From positions 10,751,538 to 10,815,537 of the forward strand of contig CM119268.1 in NCBI GenBank assembly GCA_051294375.1: a stretch of 64,000 nt of DNA. The letters are read 5' to 3'. Of this stretch, positions 24,701-37,377 are shown piece by piece. A program made the translations under genes and the position numbers. Origin of the DNA: Paraspadella gotoi (Eukaryota; Animalia; Chaetognatha). Under the pieces are notes generated by a model. That model did no database searches. It saw only the letters and a list, made by a program, of their open reading frames with translations, and was not told the origin of the DNA. Every line of letters starts with the position of its first letter. Positions within the stretch are counted from its first letter, which is position 1.

Positions 24701-25946
24701 GTACTAAATTAATTTCATTAAAAGTATATTTGTCAATGTTTTCTTTATGACTGCTTCCCGTCTATAAAAACATCAGTAGAAGCGGAGGAATTAAGAGTTT
24801 TGGGCCGTGAACGTTTGACGTTTGGGATTTAAGGGTGAGACTCACACTTGTTTTTTGAAACGTTTGATTTCGAACAAAATACGAACCGAAGTCAAAATCT
24901 GAACTTTTTTTAATAGAAAAGGATTTATTGTCCAATATTTTTTATAATGAGTGAAAAATTCGCTTCAAATTTATATTATGTTCGATGTCGAAAGCCTAAA
25001 ATCTCCGGATGGATTTCAAAATTTCACAAAAGATTTCTTTTTTCCTCTTCCCAACTTGAGGTGATTCGTTCTAATTGACAGCTTTATCTGTGAACACAAA
25101 ACAGGAGCTCCGTTGTGAGTCCCAAGCCCGGGGTCATCCTTTCGACCGACGAAAAAAAAAACCCCGAAACGTTATTGTTTCTCGTTAATCTGGTTAAACT
25201 TCGGAGTGGAGCTCCGCCCCCTGCGAATACTAATTAAATTGTCACATTGGCTTAGGGTACTGTATCCAAGTGTTTCGCAATGTATCAACCCGAAATTGGA
25301 TTAAACCCGAAAGCTGAAACAACAAACGACCTTTCGATTTTTTAACTTTTTTACAAAAAAATTGAAGGCGATAAGTGACACCCTATACAGCTTGTAATAT
25401 AAAATTGGTACAACTAATGTAAACATTATTCATTCGTTTGATAAATAACCTATCTTACCACTTTATTTAGTAAATGACGACGAAAACTCAAATTCCCAGG
25501 CTCTGACCTTTTCCCTTCACCCAAATTTTGTCAGAGAAATCCAGTAAGATATTCCTTCAGATTGTACATAAGTTTGAGTATAAAGTTCTCTAGTTTTAAC
25601 CACAGAGGTCTCCAAATTTATACTATGATACTTTTAAAAACAGCTCAAAAGTATGACACATTTTCGTAATCATTTTTTTTAATGGGTTCAGATTTTCAGG
25701 ATAACAATTTTTTAAGGGTCTCTTAGAACAAGCCCCTTTTCTTGAAAAGTAAAAAACATTTACCATTTACCATCATGAAAGGGTTTCCTTAATTTTCCTT
25801 TTTTTTGGTGGTTCCCAGTGTGGATCCTCGTGGACGACATTCATGGCAACATTGACGTTGATGGCGCTGGCAACGGATTTTCAGCTTTTGCTTTTGCATT
25901 GAAATGGCATTCCGTGCCCGGAGGTTCCATTTGCATTATGCAACTG

Positions 25947-25983
<37 letters not shown>

Positions 25984-27488
25984 NNNNNNNNNNNNNNNNN
26001 NNNNNNNNNNNNNNNNNNNNNNNNNNNNNNNNNNNNNNNNNNNNNNNNNNNNNNNNNNNNNNNNNNNNNNNNNNNNNNNNNNNNNNNNNNNNNNNNNNNN
26101 NNNNNNNNNNNNNNNNNNNNNNNNNNNNNNNNNNNNNNNNNNNNNNNNNNNNNNNNNNNNNNNNNNNNNNNNNNNNNNNNNNNNNNNNNNNNNNNNNNNN
26201 NNNNNNNNNNNNNNNNNNNNNNNNNNNNNNNNNNNNNNNNNNNNNNNNNNNNNNNNNNNNNNNNNNNNNNNNNNNNNNNNNNNNNNNNNNNNNNNNNNNN
26301 NNNNNNNNNNNNNNNNNNNNNNNNNNNNNNNNNNNNNNNNNNNNNNNNNNNNNNNNNNNNNNNNNNNNNNNNNNNNNNNNNNNNNNNNNNNNNNNNNNNN
26401 NNNNNNNNNNNNNNNNNNNNNNNNNNNNNNNNNNNNNNNNNNNNNNNNNNNNNNNNNNNNNNNNNNNNNNNNNNNNNNNNNNNNNNNNNNNNNNNNNNNN
26501 NNNNNNNNNNNNNNNNNNNNNNNNNNNNNNNNNNNNNNNNNNNNNNNNNNNNNNNNNNNNNNNNNNNNNNNNNNNNNNNNNNNNNNNNNNNNNNNNNNNN
26601 NNNNNNNNNNNNNNNNNNNNNNNNNNNNNNNNNNNNNNNNNNNNNNNNNNNNNNNNNNNNNNNNNNNNNNNNNNNNNNNNNNNNNNNNNNNNNNNNNNNN
26701 NNNNNNNNNNNNCTTTCTCTCCTTGCCCTCTCTTTGTCCATCATACTGAAAGGCCCGGCCCAAAGCGAAAGCCTCCTCCTCCTCCTCCTCCTCCTCCNNN
26801 NNNNNNNNNNNNNNNNNNNNNNNNNNNNNNNNNNNNNNNNNNNNNNNNNNNNNNNNNNNNNNNNNNNNNNNNNNNNNNNNNNNNNNNNNNNNNNNNNNNN
26901 NNNNNNNNNNNNNNNNNNNNNNNNNNNNNNNNNNNNNNNNNNNNNNNNNNNNNNNNNNNNNNNNNNNNNNNNNNNNNNNNNNNNNNNNNNNNNNNNNNNN
27001 NNNNNNNNNNNNNNNNNNNNNNNNNNNNNNNNNCCTTTCATTTGACCCATTTTGTTGGAACGATAACTAGGACAACCAAGTTTTTAGTTGCATTTTTTGT
27101 TTGCGAATATTTTGTTCGTCCTCGATATTCGGACCAATTTACTAGTTCCCCAAGTGGGGCCCAACTGACGATGTCGATGATGCTGTTGCAATAAGGCTCT
27201 AGATGCATATTATGCACATTGCACAAGGTTTCACCCATCTTTGAAATTCCTCCAGAGCAACGTCCTCAAAAATGTTTCCCGTCTCTCNNNNNNNNNNNNN
27301 NNNNNNNNNNNNNNNNNNNNNNNNNNNNNNNNNNNNNNNNNNNNNNNNNNNNNNNNNNNNNNNNNNNNNNNNNNNNNNNNNNNNNNNNNNNNNNNNNNNN
27401 NNNNGAGAGAGAGAGAGAGAGAGAAAAGAAAATGACTGAGAGAATTATCCATTGACTCCAGTCCTTGAGGCTTCTACCGAAACCTTAC

Positions 27489-27699
27489 TCTCTTTGTGTT
27501 TTAATCCGATTCCAAATCTCCTCTCGTACGTACGGATCTGTCGTTCCGTCCGTATGTCGTGCAGCTGATATTCGTCCTACTCGTCTCCTTCTCACCGTCG
27601 TCCTCATTCTTGATCCGTCGTCGTCGTCGTCGTCATCCTCGTCGTTCGTCGTTTTTTCCCGCTTTCCTCTCTTGCACCAAATCGGTTGCTCCTGGATAT
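27489..27699 (-). CDS. Locus B candidate internal exon (DIQEQPIWCKRG...DPYVREEIWNRIKTQR)
   Basis: Acceptor cttcctatttcctcaag| and donor AGA|GTAAGG; one frame open throughout. Confidence 0.5.
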
Positions 27700-27984
27700 C
27701 TTGAGGAAATAGGAAGAAAGAGGCGAAAGGAAAATAGGAGGGTGTGTTGGGGGTGGTGGAGTGTGGTTGGGAGCCGTGCGTGGAGGTGAGGGGGGAGGAA
27801 GGGAAAGGGTGCGCGGATGGGAGGTCAGGATTGTGGCGTAAAACGCCCGGGAAATGGCTAAGGAGGGCCGGTATAGGGCCCATTCGACTCAACTCCACTT
27901 ATCATTTTTCTTTTTCCCCCGGGCGGTAGAAGAAACGACAGATTCAGACTCTTCCTCTCTCTACATCTCTCTCTCTTCTCCCTC

Positions 27985-28039
<55 letters not shown>

Positions 28040-28081
28040 TTCTTCTCTAACCCGACTTAATGCCGCGCGCGCTATATTCAC

Positions 28082-28380
28082 GGGAAAGAATGCCAGCGGA
28101 ATTGAAGCCCTCTTAATTTTCCCACAGGATTCACCTCTGTCCAGGTTTGTTGCTGCAACTTGACAGATCCACTGCGCCAGAACTGATCGGTCCTTGTCCG
28201 GTGGCGTTCCAGGATCAAAGCGACTTTTTTCGGAAGGATCCACTCAACAAATATTGAAACCACGGAATCCACTGTACTAGGATTGGCGCGACCTCCTTCG
28301 ACTGATTCACTGTGCCATTTCAAACGTGATTGCTTTTCGCTTCGGCTTTAAACTCTTTATTGCGGTGAACCTTCGATGTA
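28082..28380 (-). CDS. Locus B candidate exon, possibly an immunoglobulin-like domain; frameshifted
   Basis: Acceptor ttgcag| and a weak donor; across frames LKW...ALILER..TD.SG/QWICQVAATN resembles the Ig pattern W...LxI....DxGxYxC. Confidence 0.3.
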
Positions 28381-29503
28381 CTGCAATCTAATCGGTGAAA
28401 CAATGGCATCGCCAGAAAAATCAGGCATCAGGCCATCAGGCAATCATGGAAATTGGGCTTTCACGGTTTTAGTCGCTTTTAGCGTTTTTCGGTTACTGTG
28501 ATACTTGTTATCAGTTCGAGCCCGATTTGATATACGTAGCAACCTGTGGTAAAAAAAAGTCATGAAGTCATACGAAGAAAATATATTTTTCAGCTCAATC
28601 GACTCACCCCGTCAACCCTAACTCCCGGCCGACGAGCAATGTTCCCGAACCATTTCATCTTTTCTAACTCATCGCTCTTTCGATGTTCGGGTGAGGTCCT
28701 TCCTCGTCCTTACCCTTTCGATGCCGAACCCTACCTTTCATCCCACTGACTTCACAATCCATTCTCTCTGCGTCTCTCCCATTGCCGCGATCACCCTTCC
28801 CTCTATTTATTGTCCAGGAGGCAAAAAAAAAAAAAAGAAAAAAGATGCAATGCAATTCCGGCTTATTCAATTTCTATCGTCGGTCCTAAGGCTGCGGAGA
28901 TGGACGGCTTCTGCTCTCGCCGTTATTATTGTCGTCGTTGTTGTTGTTGGTGTCGTTATTGTTATTACGACGTTACGATCTCTAGAGACGGAATCGAATC
29001 GCTCGGCGTCGAGACGAACCCACGCTTCCCTTTTGTTTCTAGAAATAAAACATTTCTTTGCCTCAGTCGCCTTCAACTGGCGGGCGATAATAAAAACAAA
29101 AACAAAAACAAAAAATTCAGACGAGCTTAGACGTGGAAGAAAATTAAGAATCGGAGGAGAACTCAAGTACACGAGACCCACACAGATATTAGGGCGCATT
29201 CACCCAAATGTTAAAATCATGAACAAAGAATAGAGAATTTGTAACCATAACCAAGTAATTTATGATCAGGAACCAAGAGAAAAAGGGTAAATCCACGCTA
29301 AATATATCTGACTTTCAAGAGAAAAATCACTCGGGGGGAAGAATTGTTGCCAGACTGAATTTTTTCTATAGAATTTTTTAACATAGAGTATCCACTTTCC
29401 AGGTATAGATTTTTTTTTTAAAAGGCGCAAATGACAAATTGTTGGTTTTATATTACAGCAGATGAGACATGGGCATTTTTAGATTGTTCATATATCTCTT
29501 ACC

Positions 29504-29625
29504 TCCCGGCCGAAACTTTTAACGGCCGAAAAGCTCTTCCGGCCGAATCTATCCCGGCCGAATTCCCTGGGACCGAATCCCCGGGGCCGAATATCCGGCC
29601 GGCTCCCCGGGGCTGAAGGCCGAAG
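29504..29625 (+). repeat. Degenerate array of GGCCGAA motifs at ~14-17-bp spacing
   Basis: About 8 copies of (c)GGCCGAA or close variants. Confidence 0.8.
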
Positions 29626-29813
29626 GACACGGAATCAAGTGGAACATCATCGTATACATCATTTTTTTTTCTTCGGCGTCGCCATTTTTGAGATCCAGGG
29701 TCTCGGATCCCGGATCCCAGGTGTTGAAATTATAGGATATTGGATCAGGAGATCTTGGGACATGGGTCTGGAGACGTAGGGAACAAGTGATCTATAAGTT
29801 TAAATATACAACT

Positions 29814-29985
29814 TTAGAGATTGGCAAAGTTTTTATTTTTACAACGATTTTATTTATTTAGCAATAGAGACGGACATGTTTCGGCTTGTTGTTCAAGCCT
29901 TCTTCGGCGTTTACAGTTTAAAAAAATGTTTGAAATTTTTGTGCAAATGATATTTGTGTAAAAATAAAACTTTGTCAATCTCTAA
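29814..29985. mobile_element. ~29-bp inverted repeat enclosing the hammerhead; probable Penelope-like terminal-repeat relic
   Basis: TTAGAGATTGGCAAAGTTTTTATTTTTACA (29814-29843) versus TGTAAAAATAAAACTTTGTCAATCTCTAA (29957-29985). Confidence 0.55.
29870..29910 (-). ncRNA. Minimal type I hammerhead ribozyme motif, Penelope-like-element type, with a U4->C core change (probably impaired)
   Basis: Minus strand reads ACG-CCGAAGA-A-GGCTTG-aacaa-CAAGCC-GAAAC-AT-GTC-CGT: 3-bp stem I, core CUGANGA with one change, 6-bp stem II, GAAA, palindromic ACATGT stem III, GUC cleavage triplet. Confidence 0.7.
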
Positions 29986-31181
29986 TACATTTCAAACAAC
30001 TTAAAGAAAGGAATATTACAACATACAGCTTTATAATTATTGTTTTGGACTTATTTCGTCGTTGCGTTTGTGATAAGAATCAAATATTAAAAATATTTTG
30101 TATGCGGACAACGAAATTTTTCATTAGATTCTAAACTTTATAATTCGAAATACCATTTTGGAACTCTAGTTGATTGTTGAATACGAGAACTAATTTCTCT
30201 CTTATGCAATATGCAATGATTAAAATCGATGTTGATGATATAATCTAAGAACTAAGAACTCTTCCTTCGAATGTTTCATATAAGAAATTAAAAAAAAAAG
30301 ATTAATGTTTTCGATTCTCCGATTTCGAAACTCGGAACTTTCCCCATCTTGATTCTCGTTCGGCCTGAAAAACAACGTTTTATGTTTTCAAACAAAACAT
30401 CCAGAGATTGACTCGTCTGCTGATATTTCTCGAAAAGGGGGAGGTACTTTCAAGTTATAAAAACAGGGAAGTTATAAAACTATATTCCTTTCGTTCTGAA
30501 GTAGACGTAATTTATTGCTTAGTCTCTCAAGGTAATACCATTTGTTCAGAAAGCGCTTAGCACGTATAGTATCTCTTTCCGCTGAGAAAGCGAAAATTGC
30601 ACGGGGATCGTTTTTGTTTCAATTTTAAATGGAACCGTGAGAATCTGATGGATTCTGCTTAAATTTAAAAAAAAAACAACAGATTTATTATAAAGATGCG
30701 AGGAAACCCAAGAGAGAAGAAAGAAGGAGTGAGAAAGAAAGATGAGACAGACGATGGAAAGTGAGATAGAGTGAGAGATAGAGTGAGAATGATAGAGAAA
30801 AAGAGAGAGAGTTGAAAAAAGATGGAGGGAGAAAGGGAGAGAAAGAGATAGAGAAAGACAGAGAGCCGACGGATTAGACGGAGGTACGAGAGAAAACGAG
30901 TTAAAGAAAGGAAAACGAAGAAGCTCTGTCTCTGTCGTTTCAAAGATCCGAGACTTGACTCTGAAATCTCCAGAGACAACATCATCAACGGTTTAGGAGA
31001 TTCGCTGGACACGTGACAGAAAACATATCCCTTGGGACAAACTCAAAACTGTATATTATATTATATTAGGTATATTATATTTTAAGCAAATATATAAATT
31101 TAAAATTTTCTATTCGGTACAGATCTGAAGCTAAAAAAACTGTTTTAAACGAAATAAATGCGGGAAGGTACTCTCTTTCAG

Positions 31182-31257
<76 letters not shown>

Positions 31258-31339
31258 ACGCACTCTCTCCATGTCTCGCTCAAACTCAACTCAGACCAGA
31301 GGTGAGTTTCTGCTTCATCGAACCCTACAACTCCCCCGC

Positions 31340-31395
<56 letters not shown>

Positions 31396-31524
31396 GTCAA
31401 TTATAAGCTCAGAATTTTTTTACTTTGCACGTGCCATTAACTTGCGCTATATCTCGACCGGAATCGAGCTCCTCTCAACTCAGTCATGCTCTTTATTATG
31501 AAGAGGAGAAGAAAAAAGGTTTAG

Positions 31525-31988
31525 ATTCCATTTAAGGTCTGATGTCAGTCGGATATTTGTCGAGAAAAAAAGAATTCCATTTAAGTAAAGCCTGATGTCA
31601 TACGGATATTTGTCGAGAAAATTCTATTTTAGTTTTGAAGTCAGTTGGAAATTTCTTTCCAAAAAACTTTTCTGTGTTCGATGTCAGTTGGATATTTATA
31701 AAGAAAAATGTTTTTAGTTCCATTTCAGGTCTGAAGTAGGTCAGATATTTGTTTCAAAAAATATTCCAGTTCCATTTATTGTCAATTGTTAGACAGATAT
31801 CTGTTTAAAAAAATATTTTGGTTCCGTTTTAGGCCCGAGGTCAGTCGGTTAGTTTTCTCGAAATAGGTCCAAAGTCAGTCAGATTTATATATATATATAA
31901 AAATATTTTGGTTCCATTTTAGGCCCGAAGTCTGTCAGTCAGTTTTCTCAAAATAGGTCCAAAGTCAGTCGGATATTTTCTCGGAAAT
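31525..31988. repeat. Diverged ~50-bp minisatellite, about 9-10 units
   Basis: Recurring TTCCATTT.AGGTCTGA(T/A)GTCAGTCGGATATTT...AAAA; the last units form a ~90-bp dimer. Confidence 0.8.
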
Positions 31989-34142
31989 CTTCTTATACTC
32001 GAGAGGATATAAAGAATTACGATGTCGCTATCAAAAGTTAACAATACGACTTTGTCGTTCCGAAACTGGGAAAGACTTTATTGCCATCGTTTAAGAGGTT
32101 TTATATCTTTGCTCCTTTTATTTCTTTTTCGTATTTGAAGTGTGTTAGACACTTGGCAGCTCGTATTTTCGATCGTTTCGGCCGTAAATTCCTGACTTGA
32201 AAATTCTGTGGTTCAAGAACTGAGATCATCGTTTCCATTGCCTATTTAAAAAAAAAAAGGGCAAGCAATTCATTTGCATTTGCATTTGTATCTCTTCTCT
32301 AGTTTTTCGTCTTTTTGCGTCTCCTTTATTAAACGATAATTTTATAAACTGTACTTATCTCTAACAGTACAAACCGTTGATCGGCCTCTCAGATGCTTTG
32401 CCCACGAATCTCCATTCCGGTCGCCGATCGAAGCTCCGAGTTCCAAACTACTTTGAGATTTTCTCTTCTCAAAATTCGAGAAAAAAAANNNNNNNNNNNN
32501 NNNNNNNNNNNNNNNNNNNNNNNNNNNNNNNNNNNNNNNNNNNNNNNNNNNNNNNNNNNNNNNNNNNNNNNNNNNNNNNNNNNNNNNNNNNNNNNNNNNN
32601 NNNNNNNNNNNNNNNNNNNNNNNNNNNNNNNNNNNNNNNNNNNNNNNNNNNNNNNNNNNNNNNNNNNNNNNNNNNNNNNNNNNNNGCGATATTAAAAAAG
32701 AAGAGAAAAATAAGAAAGGAAAAGTAATATTGAGAAAGAATAGTCAAGTAGGAGAGGAGAGAAAAAAAAGGAAGAAAAAGAAAAGGAAAAGGGAGATTCA
32801 AAAAAGAGAAAACAAAAGCTGAGCAGATTTTTCGCTCCATCTTTTGATTCTTTCCTTCGCTTTCCTCCTTTGCACAGCACGTTTCATTTCTATTTAATGA
32901 CTGGTTACCAAATGTACTAAAACATAAACCGTGAGTCGTCTTCTCTGAGCATGGAATTGCAACTCGAAATTCTAGTTATAACGTTATCCGAGTTCCTCCC
33001 GTCTTCGTTAATATAATTAAACGATTTTGCGCTTATTTTCTTCATAACTTATGCCGCGGCTCGTTAATCATGCAGTGGTGTTGACTTTGTTACTAATACT
33101 ACCGCCCTTACAAGATTAATTTCATTTTTTCAGCCGAGCTTTTTTTTTTAAATTGAGTAAAAAAAAACATCAACAAAGCCGGGATTTAATTAGGATAATA
33201 AAGGTTTCGAAACATTGTGTTTCCGACGCGATTCAAACTCGGAGGCCCCGATATATTCAGTCCCTCGACTCGGCGTAGGCGCGTTGCATCTCGATGTAAT
33301 ACGTTTTAATATAAAGATTTTAATTCCCCGAGTTCATAAACCGCTCTCTCTCTNNNNNNNNNNNNNNNNNNNNNNNNNNNNNNNNNNNNNNNNNNNNNNN
33401 NNNNNNNNNNNNNNNNNNNNNNNNNNNNNNNNNNNNNNNNNNNNNNNNNNNNNNNNNNNNNNNNNNNNNNNNNNNNNNNNNNNNNNNNNNNNNNNNNNNN
33501 NNNNNNNNNNNNNNNNNNNNNNNNNNNNNNNNNNNNNNNNNNNNNNNNNNNNNNNNNNNNNNNNNNNNNNNNNNNNNNNNNNNGCTCCCGGCCGCAAATT
33601 CAAAGCCCTAAAGAAAAAAAATGTGGGATGGAAAAGGGCTGGAGCAAAATAAGGTTAGGGGAGCGATAAAATTGGGTTAGTGTTAAGGAGTGGGTTGGAG
33701 CGGTTAGGCCGGTAGGATGGTATAGAAACAAGAGATAGCTGGAGTAACGGAGTAAAGGATAACCAAGTAGGGTGAGGGACTTGACTGGAGCAAACAAGCA
33801 ATGTTGATTGCAGTGTATTAGTCCAATAAAATGGGACACATAATTGTCAAATAGAAGCCATGAAAAACAATGCAGCCCTTTGCAGTAAAGAAAGATAACC
33901 AACTGGAGCTGAGCTGGAGCAAAATAAAAAGGGAATAAGCGGGGAGAGCGAAAGCGAAAGAAAAAGTCGATCGAGAGCCGAAGGCGGGAAGAGGAAAAAA
34001 GAGGAAAACGTTATCCCCAAACTGCTTTGCATTTTATTCGAGTTAAAACGATCTCTAGGATTTAGACTAAAGAGGGGAAAAGATTACATCCGTTTGTCGG
34101 AGGGATATATCCGGGGAGGCGAGAACGATAGGGGGGCTCAAT

Positions 34143-34190
<48 letters not shown>

Positions 34191-34454
34191 CTCTCTCACT
34201 CTCTCTCTCTCTCTCTTCTCCTCTCTTCTCCTCTGACTTTCTTCCCAAAAACTTTATCACCATTCCCTAATTCAACCCCTTTTTATATATTGCTTTTCCG
34301 TTTCTCTCTCTCTCTTCTCCTTCTACCCTCTTCTCTTTTTCTCTTGTTTAATGTTTGGGATTTAAGTTTCTTTTCAAATGTAAATGAGTGTAAGAACAAA
34401 TAAAGCGAAACCTGCGTTCAAAAGTGTGAGTCTCTCGTTAAAAATCCCTTAACA

Positions 34455-34511
34455 TTGCTAAATCCATCTGAGAATCCATCTTCAAATTCCATCTGCAAAT
34501 CCATCTGCAAA
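34455..34511. repeat. 12-bp tandem repeat (AAATCCATCTGC-like), about 4 units
   Basis: Seen directly. Confidence 0.75.
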
Positions 34512-35522
34512 CCGATCCCTCCCGCCGTCCTGATCCCCCCCCNNNNNNNNNNNNNNNNNNNNNNNNNNNNNNNNNNNNNNNNNNNNNNNNNNNNNNNNNN
34601 NNNNNNNNNNNNNNNNNNNNNNNNNNNNNNNNNNNNNNNNNNNNNNNNNNNNNNNNNNNNNNNNNNNNNNNNNNNNNNNNNNNNNNNNNNNNNNNNNNNN
34701 NNNNNNNNNNNNNNNNNNNNNNNNNNNNNNNNNNNNNNNNNNNNNNNNNNNNNNNNNNNNNNNNNNNNNNNNNNACTGATGATACTCTGGCGCACCTCCG
34801 CAAAAATCCACGCAAGGTCCCTCCAGGAAAGAGAGAAAAAGAACCTGCTGAAAATTCTGANNNNNNNNNNNNNNNNNNNNNNNNNNNNNNNNNNNNNNNN
34901 NNNNNNNNNNNNNNNNNNNNNNNNNNNNNNNNNNNNNNNNNNNNNNNNNNNNNNNNNNNNNNNNNNNNNNNNNNNNNNNNNNNNNNNNNNNNNNNNNNNN
35001 NNNNNNNNNNNNNNNNNNNNNNNNNNNNNNNNNNNNNNNNNTTCGACTCGTCGATGTGGTTACGTCTTTGGGTCGCGGGCTTCGTTCTCATAGCAACGCC
35101 GAGATGGGCGGAGAACGAGAGTGGGTAGAGGGTAGGGGATAAGGAAGGTGGTTTAATGGAGGGGTGGTGAAAAGTTGCGAAATAAAAACCAAAGGGGGAG
35201 GTTAAGAAGAATGGGATTTTGGCAGAGAAATAAAAAAAAATCTCGACAAATTTCGGGGGCGATGAACAGAGGGTAATGAACTGGGGCGAAGTGGAGTTGA
35301 GATGGTGACAAGTTGATTGGTGAAAAAGGAAGGAAGATTTGGGTTGTGGAGAAAAATTGATGTTTGCTGCTTGGTGATTTAGTCGGATTAGAATGGGAAA
35401 AAAAAGTAGGTGATTGGTGGATTAGGGACTAAAGAAGATAGGATGAATTGGCGGATTAGTGAAGAAAAAAGATGATATGGAAATTGTATATACGGCTAGA
35501 AAGTGTGGGTGATTGGTTGTTT

Positions 35523-35706
35523 GGTGAATCGAGAATGCGGATGAAGTGAAAAGGCGACGATATATTGGTTGATTGGTTGATTGGTTGATTGGTGAATCGA
35601 GAATCGAGAATGTAGAAAAAGTGAAAAGGCGACGATATATTGGTTGATTGGTTGATTGGTTGATTGGTGAATCGAGAATGTAGATGAAGTGAAAAGGCGA
35701 CGATAT
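35523..35706. repeat. ~70-bp tandem repeat x2.6 with internal (TTGGTTGA)n
   Basis: GGTGAATCGAGAATG...GTGAAAAGGCGACGATATA starts at ~35523, 35591 and 35666. Confidence 0.85.
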
Positions 35707-37064
35707 AAAAGTTTGATCCTGAAATCGGGGCAAACGAAACAAAGGCCCGAAAAGGGCTAAGGACAAAGGGCTAAGAGAGAGTTAGAGAGTGTTTTAGAGA
35801 GTTCGCGAGATGTACGAATGGGTGGGACCGAATAGTGAACCGCTGACGCGGGGGCGGAAGTGGGTCGGACCGTGGGCGATGAAAAAAGGTCATGAGTTGG
35901 CGGAGAGGGATGGAGGGGGGGAGAGGGCGTAGGAGGGCGAAAGGCGATGTTCCGTGTCCGTCGCACCCTGACGTGGGTCACGGGTTATTGCGGGCGGAAG
36001 GGAATTGGAATGGATGGGTGCCATGGAGGGGGCGGGGAGTAGGTGCAACGGGGCTAGGGTGACGGTGTTCGAGCAGAGAGGGAGTAGGGAGGGACAAAGC
36101 TGGCGCCGGATTAGTTGCGCGCCCCCTCAATTTTCCTTTTTTTTTGTTTGGATGGAGACTCTGGCCGAGAGAGGCGCTCTCGGCACGATTGACGATCGGT
36201 TGTTGAAGAGAGTTGTATAACCGGAGGAAACGACGAAAACCGACAAAAAAAAGTCCGAACTCCAAAAACCGACCCAAAAAAATCGACTTAACCAGAAAAA
36301 GTCTGTAAACATNNNNNNNNNNNNNNNNNNNNNNNNNNNNNNNNNNNNNNNNNNNNNNNNNNNNNNNNNNNNNNNNNNNNNNNNNNNNNNNNNNNNNNNN
36401 NNNNNNNNNNNNNNNNNNNNNNNNNNNNNNNNNNNNNNNNNNNNNNNNNNNNNNNNNNNNNNNNNNNNNNNNNNNNNNNNNNNNNNNNNNNNNNNNNNNN
36501 NNNNNNNNNNNNNNNNNNNNNNNNNNNNNNNNNGGGTTGGGTGGGACACGCCTACTCGCAACGACAACGGCGACGACAACGACCAAAGCGATAACAATAA
36601 AATGAAAAACGATGTCGCCGACGACGAAAACGATGACGACGACGACGACGACAACGAAGAAGAAGAAGAAAAGGACGACGACGATTCGGCAGTCGGTTCA
36701 TTAAGTTTTGGGTCCTTGTCGAAATATGACGGGAGAGAGATGAGGTTAGGCGGGTGAGGTTAGAGATGAGGTTAGGCGGGTGAGGTTAGAGGGGAGTTCG
36801 TTTTGGAGGATTGAGCTTTGAGTAATTTTAGTTGAAAGAATTGTGAGGGTTGTTGTTATGGGCTCATATNNNNNNNNNNNNNNNNNNNNNNNNNNNNNNN
36901 NNNNNNNNNNNNNNNNNNNNNNNNNNNNNNNNNNNNNNNNNNNNNNNNNNNNNNNNNNNNNNNNNNNNNNNNNNNNNNNNNNNNNNNNNNNNNNNNNNNN
37001 NNNNNNNNNNNNNNNNNNNNNNNNNNNNNNNNNNNNNNNNNNNNNNNNNNNNNNNNNNNNNNNN

Positions 37065-37100
<36 letters not shown>

Positions 37101-37287
37101 CGATAAGAAAAGTCGACGTCGAAGATCGAGAAAACAATGTTGACATCGATCGCGAAAAATCTTTTCAAGATAAAAGACGACGACGATGACGACGACGACA
37201 AAGACGGCGAAGATGATAACAGATTCTCACGAAAGCAACAGTAAAAAAAAAAGACAAAGTCACTTTAAGGTCGTGACGAGAAGGAAC

Positions 37288-37336
<49 letters not shown>

Positions 37337-37342
37337 CGACGC

Positions 37343-37377
<35 letters not shown>

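Noticed and set aside
31525-31988. CRISPR-like spacing of recurring motifs (also 35523-35706 and 41690-41872)
   Set aside because: Whole units are homologous with no unique spacers, no cas genes, and the context is eukaryotic.
36744-36792. TTAGGC/TTAGG telomere-like words (also CCCTAA near 60535)
   Set aside because: Not tandem telomeric arrays; only short local repeats.
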